Virus record (IMG/VR): IMGVR_UViG_3300032050_000002
Origin: a virus
Taxonomy: Duplodnaviria > Caudoviricetes
Direction: 5' to 3' (one strand)
DNA: 64,000 nucleotides
The notes under the pieces: generated by a model
Told to the model about the DNA's origin: nothing
The model's input: the letters and a program-made list of their open reading frames with translations, nothing else
Database searches by the model: none
Position numbers and translations under genes: made by a program
In this document: one piece after another, positions 48,401 to 58,222 of the stretch
Position numbering within the stretch: the stretch's first letter is position 1
How the letters are laid out: each line of letters begins with the position of its first letter

Positions 48401-50478
48401 TTGAAGTTAATTGTAATAAAAATATAACAGGAAGTACAGGAGGAAGTGTTGCAGGCAAAGTAACAAACAATGGTTCTCAATGGTACTCAACAAACGCAAT
48501 GGCTTGTAGAAGAGTTGCAATTAAAAATATTAGTATAGAACCAATTATTTCAGTTGATGTTACTGTAGGAGAAACTGACCCGGTTCAGAAAAAAACAATA
48601 ACCACTGAAACAATTATACCAAAAAAACCAAAGGTTGAAAAAACAATAACCCAACAAGAAAAAGAAGGAATTTCAAAAATAGTTTTAAGAAATTTGTTAA
48701 CTGAATGTGATTATTTTTCATTAATACAAGAAAAAGACCCAATGGTTTATGATTCAATTAAACAAAAAATAAAATATTTCACACCCGCATTTCATTCTAT
48801 GACTCCAGAGGGACTTAATTCGAGAATAACTTTTTTGAATCAATGCGTCAGACCTGGAGAAACAATACCTGTAATTGGAACTGACGGAAAACCAAAATAT
48901 AATGATTCTTTAAATACTTCATTTGGTGCTCCACCGGTTTTGGTTTTAAGAATAGGTGATTTTTATCACACTAAAGTTGTTCCAGACAGCATGGCATTCA
49001 CTTACGAACCTTTTATATATGATATGAATCCCGAAGGTATTGGAATTCAACCAATGATTGTCAACGTAACTATGAGTGTTAAATTTATAGGTGGTCACGG
49101 ATTATCTAAACCAGTTGAACAATTACAAAATGCTTTATCTTTTAATTATTATGCGAACACAGAGATATATGACGAGAGAGCGGTTTGGACGGAAAATACC
49201 TCAGCTTTAGATAAAGAAGTACTTCAATCAATCGTTGAAAAAGAAGCAGCTGCGTCACCTCCTGTTCCACAAAACCAACCACAAAATAACGGAGGCACAA
49301 CAATTGGGGAGGTAATAACTAATATTCCGGTAACTGATGGACAAACAGGAGAAACATCATATCAAAAAATAATGGATAGTTTAGTAGATAACACCAAAAC
49401 ATATATGGAAAATGTTTTTAACACTATGGAAAAAATAATGTTACAAACTAATTTTGGTATTATGCAACTTGTTAGTCAAAAAAGAAAATATTTTAAGGGC
49501 AAAATTAAGGCAGACGCATCTAATGATGTTATTTTATATGGTAAACCTGAAGGTGAAGGAGGTAGAATAGATAAGTTATTTGAAAATGTAATAATTGGTA
49601 TTAAAGATAGAACAAACCCTATAATGGATTATTTGTTTAATGGTGTTAATAATAATGGGTTTAGTGATAAAGATATTGAATTAGTAACCACTAACATGAT
49701 TAATTATGTTAACGAATTAAAATCTCCATTATCAACTTCAGTAGCGACATTATTACAAGAATTAATTTTGTTTGAACAAGATTATATTCAAATAATAAGA
49801 AAATGTAATTTAGTTTATGATAAGACTGATGGAAAAATATTAGAATCTGGTGACCCAAGAATCTATACAATTTCAGGAACCGATAATGTAAGTAATCTTA
49901 GTACTAATAACCCTCAAGATACTTATATAGAATTTTTTGATGATTTTGAAACTTTATCTTCTTGTTTACAGCAATATAATCAAAATATATTAACATATAT
50001 TGAAGTTTTTGATGACGGAACATCTTCTTCTTATGAAGACGGAGACTTCCAAATGGCAAACGAACAAAATTTTACAGGTAATAATAATGAACTTTTCTTT
50101 AGTGTAATGGCTAGAATTCTTGCAGATAATAATAAAAAAGAAGAATTTAAAACCAAAATAATATCAGGTGACCTTTTAAAGGTACCAAATTTAAAGAAAA
50201 AATTTAATAAAATTGTTGATAATTTATCAAAATCTTACTCTAATGAATTAAAAGATGAAGAAAAACTTTTCACAAAAATTAAAAAATCTAAAGAATATAA
50301 AGACTTAATAGACGGTATCACTGAAAAAATGTACCCAAAAGGAAAACTTAGAAAGTTTAATTACACAACAGTTCCTGGAGGAAATCTAAACCAACAAACT
50401 CAAGATGTTAAAAATCTATACAAAACACAAAATATAGATAATGACGATACATGGACTAATAAATACATACTTTTATAA
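45433..50478 (+). CDS. Large baseplate protein with internal OmpA-like domain
   Basis: MFSIENLAW..WFPPYDLKF and PPVLVLRIGDFYHTKVV tube-initiator-like segments flank YFEND..GSAS..YNQKLSERR..ACRRV. Confidence 0.65.
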   Translation: MSSPLSFASTTSFRTLLMGKNLPPYSVPGFYRPQVGDVNYETQITVSNVIDSPGELINTDPYAQQLYPLNQYGPNGGYQVGITYNNLASPVTSNQGEYDPNDTKLDLLNEFYIDTAAIENKYLPQGGYDNMVIVDDVEVNNKIYQPYWEPPSFRPSSYTPYQILLSDNPSGTNGTLSNDSYIARLGAQKLRESLQARVDTEIFQNTTGLLNTQGLSDPFQASLIAAGQQPLVYRNWVITRPENPLVAAADFLTRLGGAYWPVSPIPGDYFDENQINGGVYQQASQALNTVNQLTGGFLGPILNKFRNPSEIFLANTGNAQRSVLFNTLDLNRYQPGYNKNYGGILGIAQGVVNLAVSLINAANDTLVSSYYVGSRNAEPGTITSPPNQVPVNPVGQQVMAPVYGPSELAILYEGNQNQLNFGLAGKTLNDGGTIDGQFVWVSPKYKGAAGYNATPGGGKGSLDEEYNLISSAYESNESTNITFKENSILDQTQRLINSADNVAGITRLKHVGNAINQVSKVFNDGYKEMTKGSQVVSYKDFTTGDEKGIEYCRVFTKDTPYYTYADLQKTDGITKSGRRFTNSVFDNTFNLNIAPLKNPNSTNIVANNPLGRGGYAKKYMFSIENLAWRTSSRPGFTYDELPVCEKGPNGGRVMWFPPYDLKFNDTSSAGWTPNEFMGRPEPIYTYKSTQRTGSISWKIIVDSPSVLNLIVEEQLKGANKERVNSILDSFFAGCVKFDIYELAKKFNRIPSKDLYLIQEKLSNPRLTDVEASKLVRSIETDLPIDGETNPAENTKGIATTVTPDFSTFKTEYEGLSFYFENDIPKPSNTNANYEPLYKSYNTETMQKKYVENAKTYFDPDSPFCKKNETYCTENREVEPFFKSVIENNYKKFTEGEKNFITDTYKLFNEKQALSMTITVLGSASALSDVGYNQKLSERRIKAMENFLKTKEVGGVKLEEFFKNGQIKIIPEASGETTKVTPKGEGKFSGVEVNCNKNITGSTGGSVAGKVTNNGSQWYSTNAMACRRVAIKNISIEPIISVDVTVGETDPVQKKTITTETIIPKKPKVEKTITQQEKEGISKIVLRNLLTECDYFSLIQEKDPMVYDSIKQKIKYFTPAFHSMTPEGLNSRITFLNQCVRPGETIPVIGTDGKPKYNDSLNTSFGAPPVLVLRIGDFYHTKVVPDSMAFTYEPFIYDMNPEGIGIQPMIVNVTMSVKFIGGHGLSKPVEQLQNALSFNYYANTEIYDERAVWTENTSALDKEVLQSIVEKEAAASPPVPQNQPQNNGGTTIGEVITNIPVTDGQTGETSYQKIMDSLVDNTKTYMENVFNTMEKIMLQTNFGIMQLVSQKRKYFKGKIKADASNDVILYGKPEGEGGRIDKLFENVIIGIKDRTNPIMDYLFNGVNNNGFSDKDIELVTTNMINYVNELKSPLSTSVATLLQELILFEQDYIQIIRKCNLVYDKTDGKILESGDPRIYTISGTDNVSNLSTNNPQDTYIEFFDDFETLSSCLQQYNQNILTYIEVFDDGTSSSYEDGDFQMANEQNFTGNNNELFFSVMARILADNNKKEEFKTKIISGDLLKVPNLKKKFNKIVDNLSKSYSNELKDEEKLFTKIKKSKEYKDLIDGITEKMYPKGKLRKFNYTTVPGGNLNQQTQDVKNLYKTQNIDNDDTWTNKYILL

Positions 50479-50480
50479 AA

Positions 50481-50804
50481 ATGGGAAAACAATACTATAA
50501 TAGATATAATAATTTTATTATTAATGGGGAACAAACTGTAGTTCCTTATATTAATCTACCAAGTAAAACCACAGATAAAAGGTATATTTATAAAGTCGGA
50601 CAAAGTAGATTAGATAAAATTTCACAACAATATTATGATTCCCCAACATTTGGATGGTTAATAATGTTAGCGAATCCGATTTATGGTGGACAAGAATGGC
50701 AAATACCTGACGGTTCTATATTGACAATTCCATTTCCTTTAGTAGCTTCTTTACAAGATTACAATAACGAATTAAATAACCATTTCTTCTATTATGGTAG
50801 ATAA
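50481..50804 (+). CDS. LysM-like baseplate wedge protein (T4 gp53-like)
   Basis: YKVGQSRLDKISQQYYDSPTFGWLIMLANP...IPDGSILTIP. Confidence 0.8.
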   Translation: MGKQYYNRYNNFIINGEQTVVPYINLPSKTTDKRYIYKVGQSRLDKISQQYYDSPTFGWLIMLANPIYGGQEWQIPDGSILTIPFPLVASLQDYNNELNNHFFYYGR

Positions 50805-53800
50805 AACAGAAAATATATTAGTAGAATTTGACTACAACAACATTACGGTAATAGACCCAAACAAGGTTATTGATGAAAACGGAAAGGCAAAAGAAAGATT
50901 TGTAAATCAAGAAGATTTAGTTATGTATGCCAATTTAGAGTGTAATGTTTTACCAAGAACGAAATTGGCCTTAGGGGTTGCGAGTAACGACCAAATACAA
51001 ACTGTATCAATTGCTAGTATTAATTTTTTAAAACCAGGGGGAAAAGAATTTTTAGATAATTCTTGGACTGACGAATTAACTGGAAAAGATACAATACAAG
51101 GTAAAGGGGTTAATCAACCAAATTTAGAATCGATTAAAAACCCAAAAAAAGACAATGATTATTACATAAGACAAACAATATCATCTAATGGAAAGGCCGG
51201 TGCGACTGATAATGGATTATTAGGAATTACTTCTATTGACATTAGACAGAATACTTCCTTTATGCCTGTTATTACAATAAAATTAATAGACGTAAAAGGT
51301 AGAGCATTGTTTGAGTCAGGAGATAATTCACCATATGCCGCATTTTTTAATCTACCGTATCCAATGTTTAATTTAACAATAAAGGGATACTACGGTAGAG
51401 CGGTTAAATTACCTTTAATGTTACAAAATTTCACATCTTCATTTAATTATAATACAACCAATTTTGATATTACATTAACTTTTTACACTTACAAATATAC
51501 TATGTTGGCTGAAATTATGATGGGGGCGTTAATAGCGACTCCAAATATGTATAAAAATAATTTAACAATTGAAACAAAAAAAGGAACTCCATCTCAATAT
51601 GTTAATGTTAAAGATTCGGTAATTGAAAAAGGGTATCAGAAAGTTAAAGAAGTTTATAGTGAATATAAAACAAAAGGATTAGTACCTGAAGATTTTCCGG
51701 AATTAACCTTAGTTCAAATGAAATATAACATTTCAAATTTTATTAAAAATATTTTTGATTCTTTTACCAAACAGAATATGGAACCTTTAAATTATTTAAA
51801 GACATATCAAGACACGTTGTCAGAGTATAAGAAAGATGTTTTTACCGCAATAAATGGTTCTTGGTTTTCTAAAAATATGGACAATCAAAATTATATCGTA
51901 TTAAAAGATAAAACAAAAATTTATACATTTAAAAAAGATATAACGGATTATAAAGGTGCTAAAAGTGAATTAGAAAAAAGTATAATAGATAAATATAATA
52001 CTAAATTAAATGGTAATAAAACCGTTGGGCAAAATGGTTCGTATCAGATTGGTGGTAAAGGTGATAAATCAACGGCAATTAAATGTGACATATCTTTAAA
52101 TGATTTTATAGTTAAAAACGTGAGTTTTGATAACGATATTGATTGGGTTGAAACATATATTGTTTGGAAAAAAGATAAAAAGAAATTAAATGAACAAAGT
52201 GAAGAAATAAAACTTTTTATAGATGAAGTTAAAAAATCAAATTTATTCAATACCGTAGAGACAACAGATAATAATGGTAATAAAAAAACCGTTAAAGATT
52301 GGTTTGTTTTTGAAAAATCAATAGAAATTAAAGACCCCGTAACTAATATAAAATTACCTACTAAAACATTTAATGATAAATTAAATGACATATCAAAAAC
52401 TTTAAAAGAATATAAAGAAAAAATAGAAACTGATTTAACAAACGCTTTATCTGATTTATTACAAGATAAAAATTCAGGTATCGGTTTTGTACCGAACATA
52501 AGAAATGTTTTGGCGGTTATTTTTGCAAACTGTGAGGCATTTATTAGGTTATTAGATGATGTTCATAAACAAGCTTGGGATATAAACAGCGATGAGGATT
52601 TATTGAGACATAGAAAAAATGCAATATTCAATAATCAAGTTGCGGGAGCTTCACCCGATAATTTGGGAGACGATAAAACACCAATTTATCCGTGGCCACA
52701 ATTAATTGTTGCAACCGCTGGTGAAAATGGTCAAGAAACTTATGAGATTAGATATCCAGGTGATGATGATTTAAAAACATTAACTAAAAGTAATATTGAT
52801 GGAACTTGGCCTGAAGTAGAATTTGTCGAAGAATTTATTAGAGGATTAGTTGAAAAACAAACTATCACATCAAAAACAATTCCGGTTGAAAATAATGTTT
52901 TAGACATTAAAAGAATTAGTTTTGACGCTATTGAATTTCCAATAGGAAACGATGTTTATAGTAATAAAGAAGAAGTTAAATTCTTTTATGAGATTTACGA
53001 GAGAATACTTTTAATTTCTAATATGTCTAAATTATCTAGAGCATCCTTGTCAACAACTGATACTGATGAAATTACTAATTTAATTGCTGAATGCGAAAGT
53101 ATTAATTTAAATAACAGTTTATCTAGTAATGACCCATTTTTGATTAAAAAATTAACCGATTATGGAATAAATGCGTCTAATTATTTGCTGATTCTAAGGC
53201 ATTTTTCAAACCAAGGATTAGGTCAAAGTTGGCAAAATTATATTAGAGGAATATATAACACTTCTTATATTAATAATAGAATCATTAATGGACAATTCGA
53301 TTTTATTAATAGTAATATATTAAACAGTGTAAAAACACAACCACAAGTATCAGTTGAAAACGAAGACAAAATTTCAAAATATATAACAGGGTCAACAACA
53401 TCCAACGAGTTTGATTTTTCAGACACATACCCATTTATAAATGAAAAATGGTCAAAAGAAAATTTATCAAACTCATCATCATTTTCTAAAGTAAAAGATT
53501 CATTTAACACAACAAAAGTTTTAAAATACAATCAACAAAGAAAAATAATTACTAATTTTGTTGAAGGAGAAACAACTGAAAAGATAAGACCGATAACTAA
53601 TTTTAATTACATATCTTTAAGTTATCCTTATGTCAGTAGTCCTGGAGACTTAAACGCCCAAACATTAAAAGCGTTTTATCAGAATAGAAGAATTAAAGAC
53701 CAATTACCCACAGAAGGTAATATTGTATATAATGATTATACAAATCAAGTTAGACCAGAACAAACAACATCTATTTTTAATACCCCTTATTTTATTAATT

Positions 53801-56800
53801 CTATACAAGAAGGTATTCAAAATTTTAGAAATTTTTCAGAATATCCTTTTGTTTCTTCCGCATATTATTTTATTAATAGTTTACCTATTGCGACATTAAA
53901 AGAAAAATATAAAAGTTATGAAAACAACTCAATTACTGAGTTAGATTACATTTTTGCAACAATCAAAAAATTTGGAGCAATTCATAAAGTACCATACGCT
54001 TGGGCATTAAAGATAGGTTCGGTGTGGCATAGGTATAAAAAATACGTAGAAACAGGTGTTGATATTTTAGATAGAAGTTGGTCAGGATTTAGTTACACAT
54101 ATAACTATGACCCAACAACTCAAAATAAAGAAAAAGTGTATAGTTTATCTTTTAACAATTCTCAAATTGACATTGTATTACAAAAAGATACTACCATAGG
54201 AGCTGAATTATCCACGGTTATTAATACTGGATTTTATCCAAAATTAATAAATGATTTTAATGTATTTTATCAAGGGTATGAAATTTATTCTTCGTATTCC
54301 GAAAGTGATATACAATCAGGGTTTAGCTCAGGAGTTACTTTAAATTATGTTGATGATGCTATAATCAATTTGTATGAAGGTTTTGATGAATCTATACCAA
54401 ATAGAGATTTAAGAATTGTACCTTGGTCTGTTACAGTGGATAGTTTTTTAGAACCCGATTCTTTATTTGTAATGCCATCACAAGGTTCTTTATTTAATCA
54501 AACGTTATCGGAGTGTTTTAATTTAAATACCGCACCAACATATAGACTAACAAATGAGGTTTTTGATAACTCCTCAATGTATAATGGCTCTGTGAGACTT
54601 TTTTGGGCGGCACCTAATTATGGGTATTTTGACGATGGTTTGGTATCAAAACCTTCACCCGAAGAATATCTAAAAACGGTATTAACAGGAGAAAGTATTC
54701 AAGAAAACTTTTCAATTAAATCAAGTGGTTCATATACAAAAATAAGTGAAATTTTTTCGGTTTTTGAAAAAGAAATTTTAGATAAATTTGAGACTATGTT
54801 TTTGAATTTTTCAAAATCTATCTACGACTCTGATTTAGGTAATTTAACTACGGACCCTGAAATATTCACAGAATCAGGAGGTAATAGCGAATTACCCTCA
54901 AACATTATGTTTAAAAATTTTCAATCAATTATGGTTGAAATGATGAAAATTAAAAAACAACCTTATACCGGAGGAACCGAATTTGTAACTACAATACAAA
55001 ATAACCAATTACAAAAAATAGGAAGTGTGTTAAAATCTTTCTTAACATACGATGTAGTATTTAAACACGGCAATCCATCATCCTATGATATAAGATTATT
55101 TAAAACGTTTTCACAATTAGATTTAACCGACCCATATACTTGGGAAGATTATAGTGTTGAAACACCAAATTCATTACCAACAAGTAGTAATTCGGTCACA
55201 TTATCACAATCGGTCTCAAATTTTCCAGAAGAGTGGAAGACGTTAAAATCATATGTTGGATTTTCAGAAATACCCGAATTAAAATACGATAACAACGGTT
55301 CTTATATAACTGATTTTTTTATTGATTTTAATGTGGCCTTTAAAAAAGATAATATAATTAGATTCGCTCCGATAATCAAAATATATGTGACACAAAAATT
55401 AATTAATAATAATATAAAAGTAGGGGATTTTTATAATTTAATGACGAGTTATTTAGGTTCTAATTTAAGCTTCCAAAACAAAATTTTGGATAATTTAATG
55501 ATTAAAATTGCGACAAAATTACCTAAAACAACAATTACTGTTGATGTTAAAAAACCTTCAGAAGTTAATGGAGGAACTCAGTCAAAATCAGAATTGTATG
55601 AATCTTTTAAATCATTAAATGATAAATGGATTGCCGGAAACGATGTTAAAAATAAAACATTATTTGAAGATGTTCTATTATTGGATAGGGCTAGTAGAAA
55701 TATTGGAGAAAAAATACTAGTCGATATTTTTAAATTACAAAATAGATTAGAAAATTTAGATTCTCAAATTGATGTGTTAGGGTTTGTTCAAACAATATTA
55801 GTAGAGAATCATTTTGTTGTTATGAATTTACCAACTTATGTTAATTTTTATAATGTGCAAGATGTTGTAAAAAACGCAATCCCAAAACCTGAAGGTACTT
55901 TAGAATTTGCAAATACTTTATTTGGAACATTTTTAAATGTTGATTATAGAAATTCTTCCTCTAAATTAGTTTGTTTTTACGGCGGAAAACCTAGTGAACA
56001 ATTAGATTTAAAAAATAACGTTGATTATAGATTTAGAAATGACGCCTTTGAATTGAGAAGAGCGAGTGATAATCCGTTAGTGGAAAACCAAATTAATAAA
56101 AAAGATTGGGCTTTATCTAATAAAGTAGTTGGATTTAATGTAGACATAGGACCTCAAAATCAACAGATTTTTATGGGGTTTGATGTTAGCCAAACTGCCG
56201 GTAAAGCGACTGCCGAAAGTATTGAAGTTACTACTCAAATGGGTAATCAAAATCGTAATAGAAAAGGAGCGACTCAAAGCGTATCTTTATATAATTTATA
56301 TAAAAATAGAAGTTATAGATGTCAAGTTACAATGATGGGTAACGCGTTAATACAACCAACAATGTATTTTAATTTAAGAAATGTTCCTATGTTTAGTGGA
56401 CCTTATATGATATTGGAAGTAAGTCATAGGATTTCGCCAGGTTCTTTTACAACTTATTTTACAGGAGTTAGACAACCAACCGCTTCATTACCAATTCTTG
56501 ATGATTATATACAATCACTAAGAAAAAATTTACTTCAATCCATAATTGAAAAATTAGAACAAGATAAGATTGAACAAGAAAGACAAGCAAATGCGAATAA
56601 TCCAAAAAATAATACTGCAAGTAACACTTCTTTAATTACTGATTGTATAAAAAATGCTTATAAAGATTATCAAAAATTCTCGGCAATTACACCAACACAA
56701 ACAACAATAAATGTTAGTGATATGTATAAAAAAATTGTAGATACAACACCAAATGTTATGTTACAAAAATTAATATTCTGCAGAATATACTTTAGCTCAT

Positions 56801-57174
56801 TGGATAATTCAAACACTAACAGATTCACATCTGTTAACAATAATTACGCAGGAATTTTTTTAGACTCGAACAATAATTGGGGGGCAAACGGAGAAGAAAA
56901 TCTGTCAAAGAAATTTTATTGTGCTCTTGGAAACACCGTAAATGCGGTTTTTGAAAATGAAGTGAAAGTTATTTCCTTATTGAAAAATAAATGGGAATCT
57001 AGAGTCGTTTCCGTTAAAGATAATATAACGGATATTACTAAATTCATAGTTAATAATTATGACGCCAAAACTAACAATAACGCTTACAATTCGCTTAATT
57101 CTGTTGATAGAGATAATTACACGAATATAATTAATAATGCGGTTAATTTATTTAACACATTAAAAAATAGATAA
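50794..57174 (+). CDS. Very large baseplate hub protein (gp27/late-control D-like ends)
   Basis: GITSIDI...P.ITI.L.DVKGRALF at the N-terminus; CQVTMMGNALIQPTMYF.L.NVPMFSGPY.I.EVSH.I at the C-terminus. Confidence 0.7.
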   Translation: MVDKTENILVEFDYNNITVIDPNKVIDENGKAKERFVNQEDLVMYANLECNVLPRTKLALGVASNDQIQTVSIASINFLKPGGKEFLDNSWTDELTGKDTIQGKGVNQPNLESIKNPKKDNDYYIRQTISSNGKAGATDNGLLGITSIDIRQNTSFMPVITIKLIDVKGRALFESGDNSPYAAFFNLPYPMFNLTIKGYYGRAVKLPLMLQNFTSSFNYNTTNFDITLTFYTYKYTMLAEIMMGALIATPNMYKNNLTIETKKGTPSQYVNVKDSVIEKGYQKVKEVYSEYKTKGLVPEDFPELTLVQMKYNISNFIKNIFDSFTKQNMEPLNYLKTYQDTLSEYKKDVFTAINGSWFSKNMDNQNYIVLKDKTKIYTFKKDITDYKGAKSELEKSIIDKYNTKLNGNKTVGQNGSYQIGGKGDKSTAIKCDISLNDFIVKNVSFDNDIDWVETYIVWKKDKKKLNEQSEEIKLFIDEVKKSNLFNTVETTDNNGNKKTVKDWFVFEKSIEIKDPVTNIKLPTKTFNDKLNDISKTLKEYKEKIETDLTNALSDLLQDKNSGIGFVPNIRNVLAVIFANCEAFIRLLDDVHKQAWDINSDEDLLRHRKNAIFNNQVAGASPDNLGDDKTPIYPWPQLIVATAGENGQETYEIRYPGDDDLKTLTKSNIDGTWPEVEFVEEFIRGLVEKQTITSKTIPVENNVLDIKRISFDAIEFPIGNDVYSNKEEVKFFYEIYERILLISNMSKLSRASLSTTDTDEITNLIAECESINLNNSLSSNDPFLIKKLTDYGINASNYLLILRHFSNQGLGQSWQNYIRGIYNTSYINNRIINGQFDFINSNILNSVKTQPQVSVENEDKISKYITGSTTSNEFDFSDTYPFINEKWSKENLSNSSSFSKVKDSFNTTKVLKYNQQRKIITNFVEGETTEKIRPITNFNYISLSYPYVSSPGDLNAQTLKAFYQNRRIKDQLPTEGNIVYNDYTNQVRPEQTTSIFNTPYFINSIQEGIQNFRNFSEYPFVSSAYYFINSLPIATLKEKYKSYENNSITELDYIFATIKKFGAIHKVPYAWALKIGSVWHRYKKYVETGVDILDRSWSGFSYTYNYDPTTQNKEKVYSLSFNNSQIDIVLQKDTTIGAELSTVINTGFYPKLINDFNVFYQGYEIYSSYSESDIQSGFSSGVTLNYVDDAIINLYEGFDESIPNRDLRIVPWSVTVDSFLEPDSLFVMPSQGSLFNQTLSECFNLNTAPTYRLTNEVFDNSSMYNGSVRLFWAAPNYGYFDDGLVSKPSPEEYLKTVLTGESIQENFSIKSSGSYTKISEIFSVFEKEILDKFETMFLNFSKSIYDSDLGNLTTDPEIFTESGGNSELPSNIMFKNFQSIMVEMMKIKKQPYTGGTEFVTTIQNNQLQKIGSVLKSFLTYDVVFKHGNPSSYDIRLFKTFSQLDLTDPYTWEDYSVETPNSLPTSSNSVTLSQSVSNFPEEWKTLKSYVGFSEIPELKYDNNGSYITDFFIDFNVAFKKDNIIRFAPIIKIYVTQKLINNNIKVGDFYNLMTSYLGSNLSFQNKILDNLMIKIATKLPKTTITVDVKKPSEVNGGTQSKSELYESFKSLNDKWIAGNDVKNKTLFEDVLLLDRASRNIGEKILVDIFKLQNRLENLDSQIDVLGFVQTILVENHFVVMNLPTYVNFYNVQDVVKNAIPKPEGTLEFANTLFGTFLNVDYRNSSSKLVCFYGGKPSEQLDLKNNVDYRFRNDAFELRRASDNPLVENQINKKDWALSNKVVGFNVDIGPQNQQIFMGFDVSQTAGKATAESIEVTTQMGNQNRNRKGATQSVSLYNLYKNRSYRCQVTMMGNALIQPTMYFNLRNVPMFSGPYMILEVSHRISPGSFTTYFTGVRQPTASLPILDDYIQSLRKNLLQSIIEKLEQDKIEQERQANANNPKNNTASNTSLITDCIKNAYKDYQKFSAITPTQTTINVSDMYKKIVDTTPNVMLQKLIFCRIYFSSLDNSNTNRFTSVNNNYAGIFLDSNNNWGANGEENLSKKFYCALGNTVNAVFENEVKVISLLKNKWESRVVSVKDNITDITKFIVNNYDAKTNNNAYNSLNSVDRDNYTNIINNAVNLFNTLKNR

Positions 57175-57198
57175 AAATAATTTTTTATTATTATTAGA

Positions 57199-57205
57199 TA
57201 TTTAT
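57199..57205 (+). promoter_or_regulatory. TATTTAT putative late promoter
   Basis: TATTTATAAATA upstream of the ATG at 57219. Confidence 0.6.
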
Positions 57206-57218
57206 AAATAAAAAGATT

Positions 57219-57443
57219 ATGAATACAAAATTAATATTAGATAGTTATCTTGGTAAAAACACAAGAACATCTGAAAAAGACTTAGGAAATGGTTCTAAAC
57301 AAGTTTGTGATTTAGACACTGGAGAGTGTTATACGGTTAGAATGAAAGACGGTCTTATTGAAAGGGTAGATAACACTATGAAGACTAATAAAAGAATCCA
57401 AGTTGAAACCACTACAGGTATAAAACAATTATTAAATGGATAA
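57219..57443 (+). CDS. Small hypothetical protein
   Basis: 74-aa ORF with its own promoter motif. Confidence 0.7.
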   Translation: MNTKLILDSYLGKNTRTSEKDLGNGSKQVCDLDTGECYTVRMKDGLIERVDNTMKTNKRIQVETTTGIKQLLNG

Positions 57444-57448
57444 TTAAA

Positions 57449-58135
57449 ATGAGTATAGATAAAAAAATATTAGAAGAAATTAATAGGTACAAACGTATTA
57501 ATAACTATATTAACGAGCAAGAAATGGCGGAATTACCTCCACCTCCGGCAGATGCCGCAGCGGCAGCACCAACTGACGCACCACCAACCGACGCGGTGAC
57601 ACCACCTCCAGTAGACGCGGCAGCGGGGGCTCCTCCTGCCGAATCAACACCTCCACCAGCACCTGTAGACACCACAACCGACCCTGATGTTGAAAAAATA
57701 GGTGACGAAAAAGAGGATAAGAAAGAATTAGATATTACTGATTTAGTCAACTCTCAAAAAAATGTTGAGGATAAACAAGAAGAATATTTTAATAATTTAT
57801 TTAAATCTTTAAGTGATTTAGAGGAAAAATTATCCAATATGGATATGATTGTTAACAAACTAAATGATATTGAAGCGAAAGTTGAAAAATATAGAACAAA
57901 AACACCTGAAGAAAAATTAGAATTAAGAAGTTTGGATTCAGGACCTTTTAATCAGAAATTATCGCAATATTTTGAAGATAAACAAGACGATTTTGAAAAA
58001 CAAGGTAGAGAAGAATATATCTTAACAAAAGATGAAGTTGAAGATTTTTCTCCATCAGAGGTTAAAAAAAGTTTTAGAAACTTTGAAGAAGGTAGAGACG
58101 ATGAACCAAACGCATTTAACCAATTTAAATATTAA
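57449..58135 (+). CDS. Acidic Pro/Ala-rich coiled-coil protein (possible prohead core/scaffold-type)
   Basis: ILEEINRYKRINNYINE start, PPPP/AAAA linker, heptad-like C-half. Confidence 0.55.
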   Translation: MSIDKKILEEINRYKRINNYINEQEMAELPPPPADAAAAAPTDAPPTDAVTPPPVDAAAGAPPAESTPPPAPVDTTTDPDVEKIGDEKEDKKELDITDLVNSQKNVEDKQEEYFNNLFKSLSDLEEKLSNMDMIVNKLNDIEAKVEKYRTKTPEEKLELRSLDSGPFNQKLSQYFEDKQDDFEKQGREEYILTKDEVEDFSPSEVKKSFRNFEEGRDDEPNAFNQFKY

Positions 58136-58139
58136 GTAA

Positions 58140-58157
58140 TGGGGATGAAATTCCCCA
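58140..58157. terminator. Hairpin between the late genes and the ssb promoter
   Basis: TGGGGA-TGAAAT-TCCCCA; no strong U-tract. Confidence 0.45.
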
Positions 58158-58163
58158 ACTAAT

Positions 58164-58192
58164 TTGACATTACAAAGGCTGACACTTATATT
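58164..58192 (+). promoter_or_regulatory. Sigma70-type promoter of the ssb-recA-exo operon
   Basis: TTGACA (58164-58169), 17 nt, TATATT (58187-58192); same hexamers as the polymerase promoter. Confidence 0.75.
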
Positions 58193-58222
58193 TTATCATA
58201 AACAATTAAATAACACGAAAAA

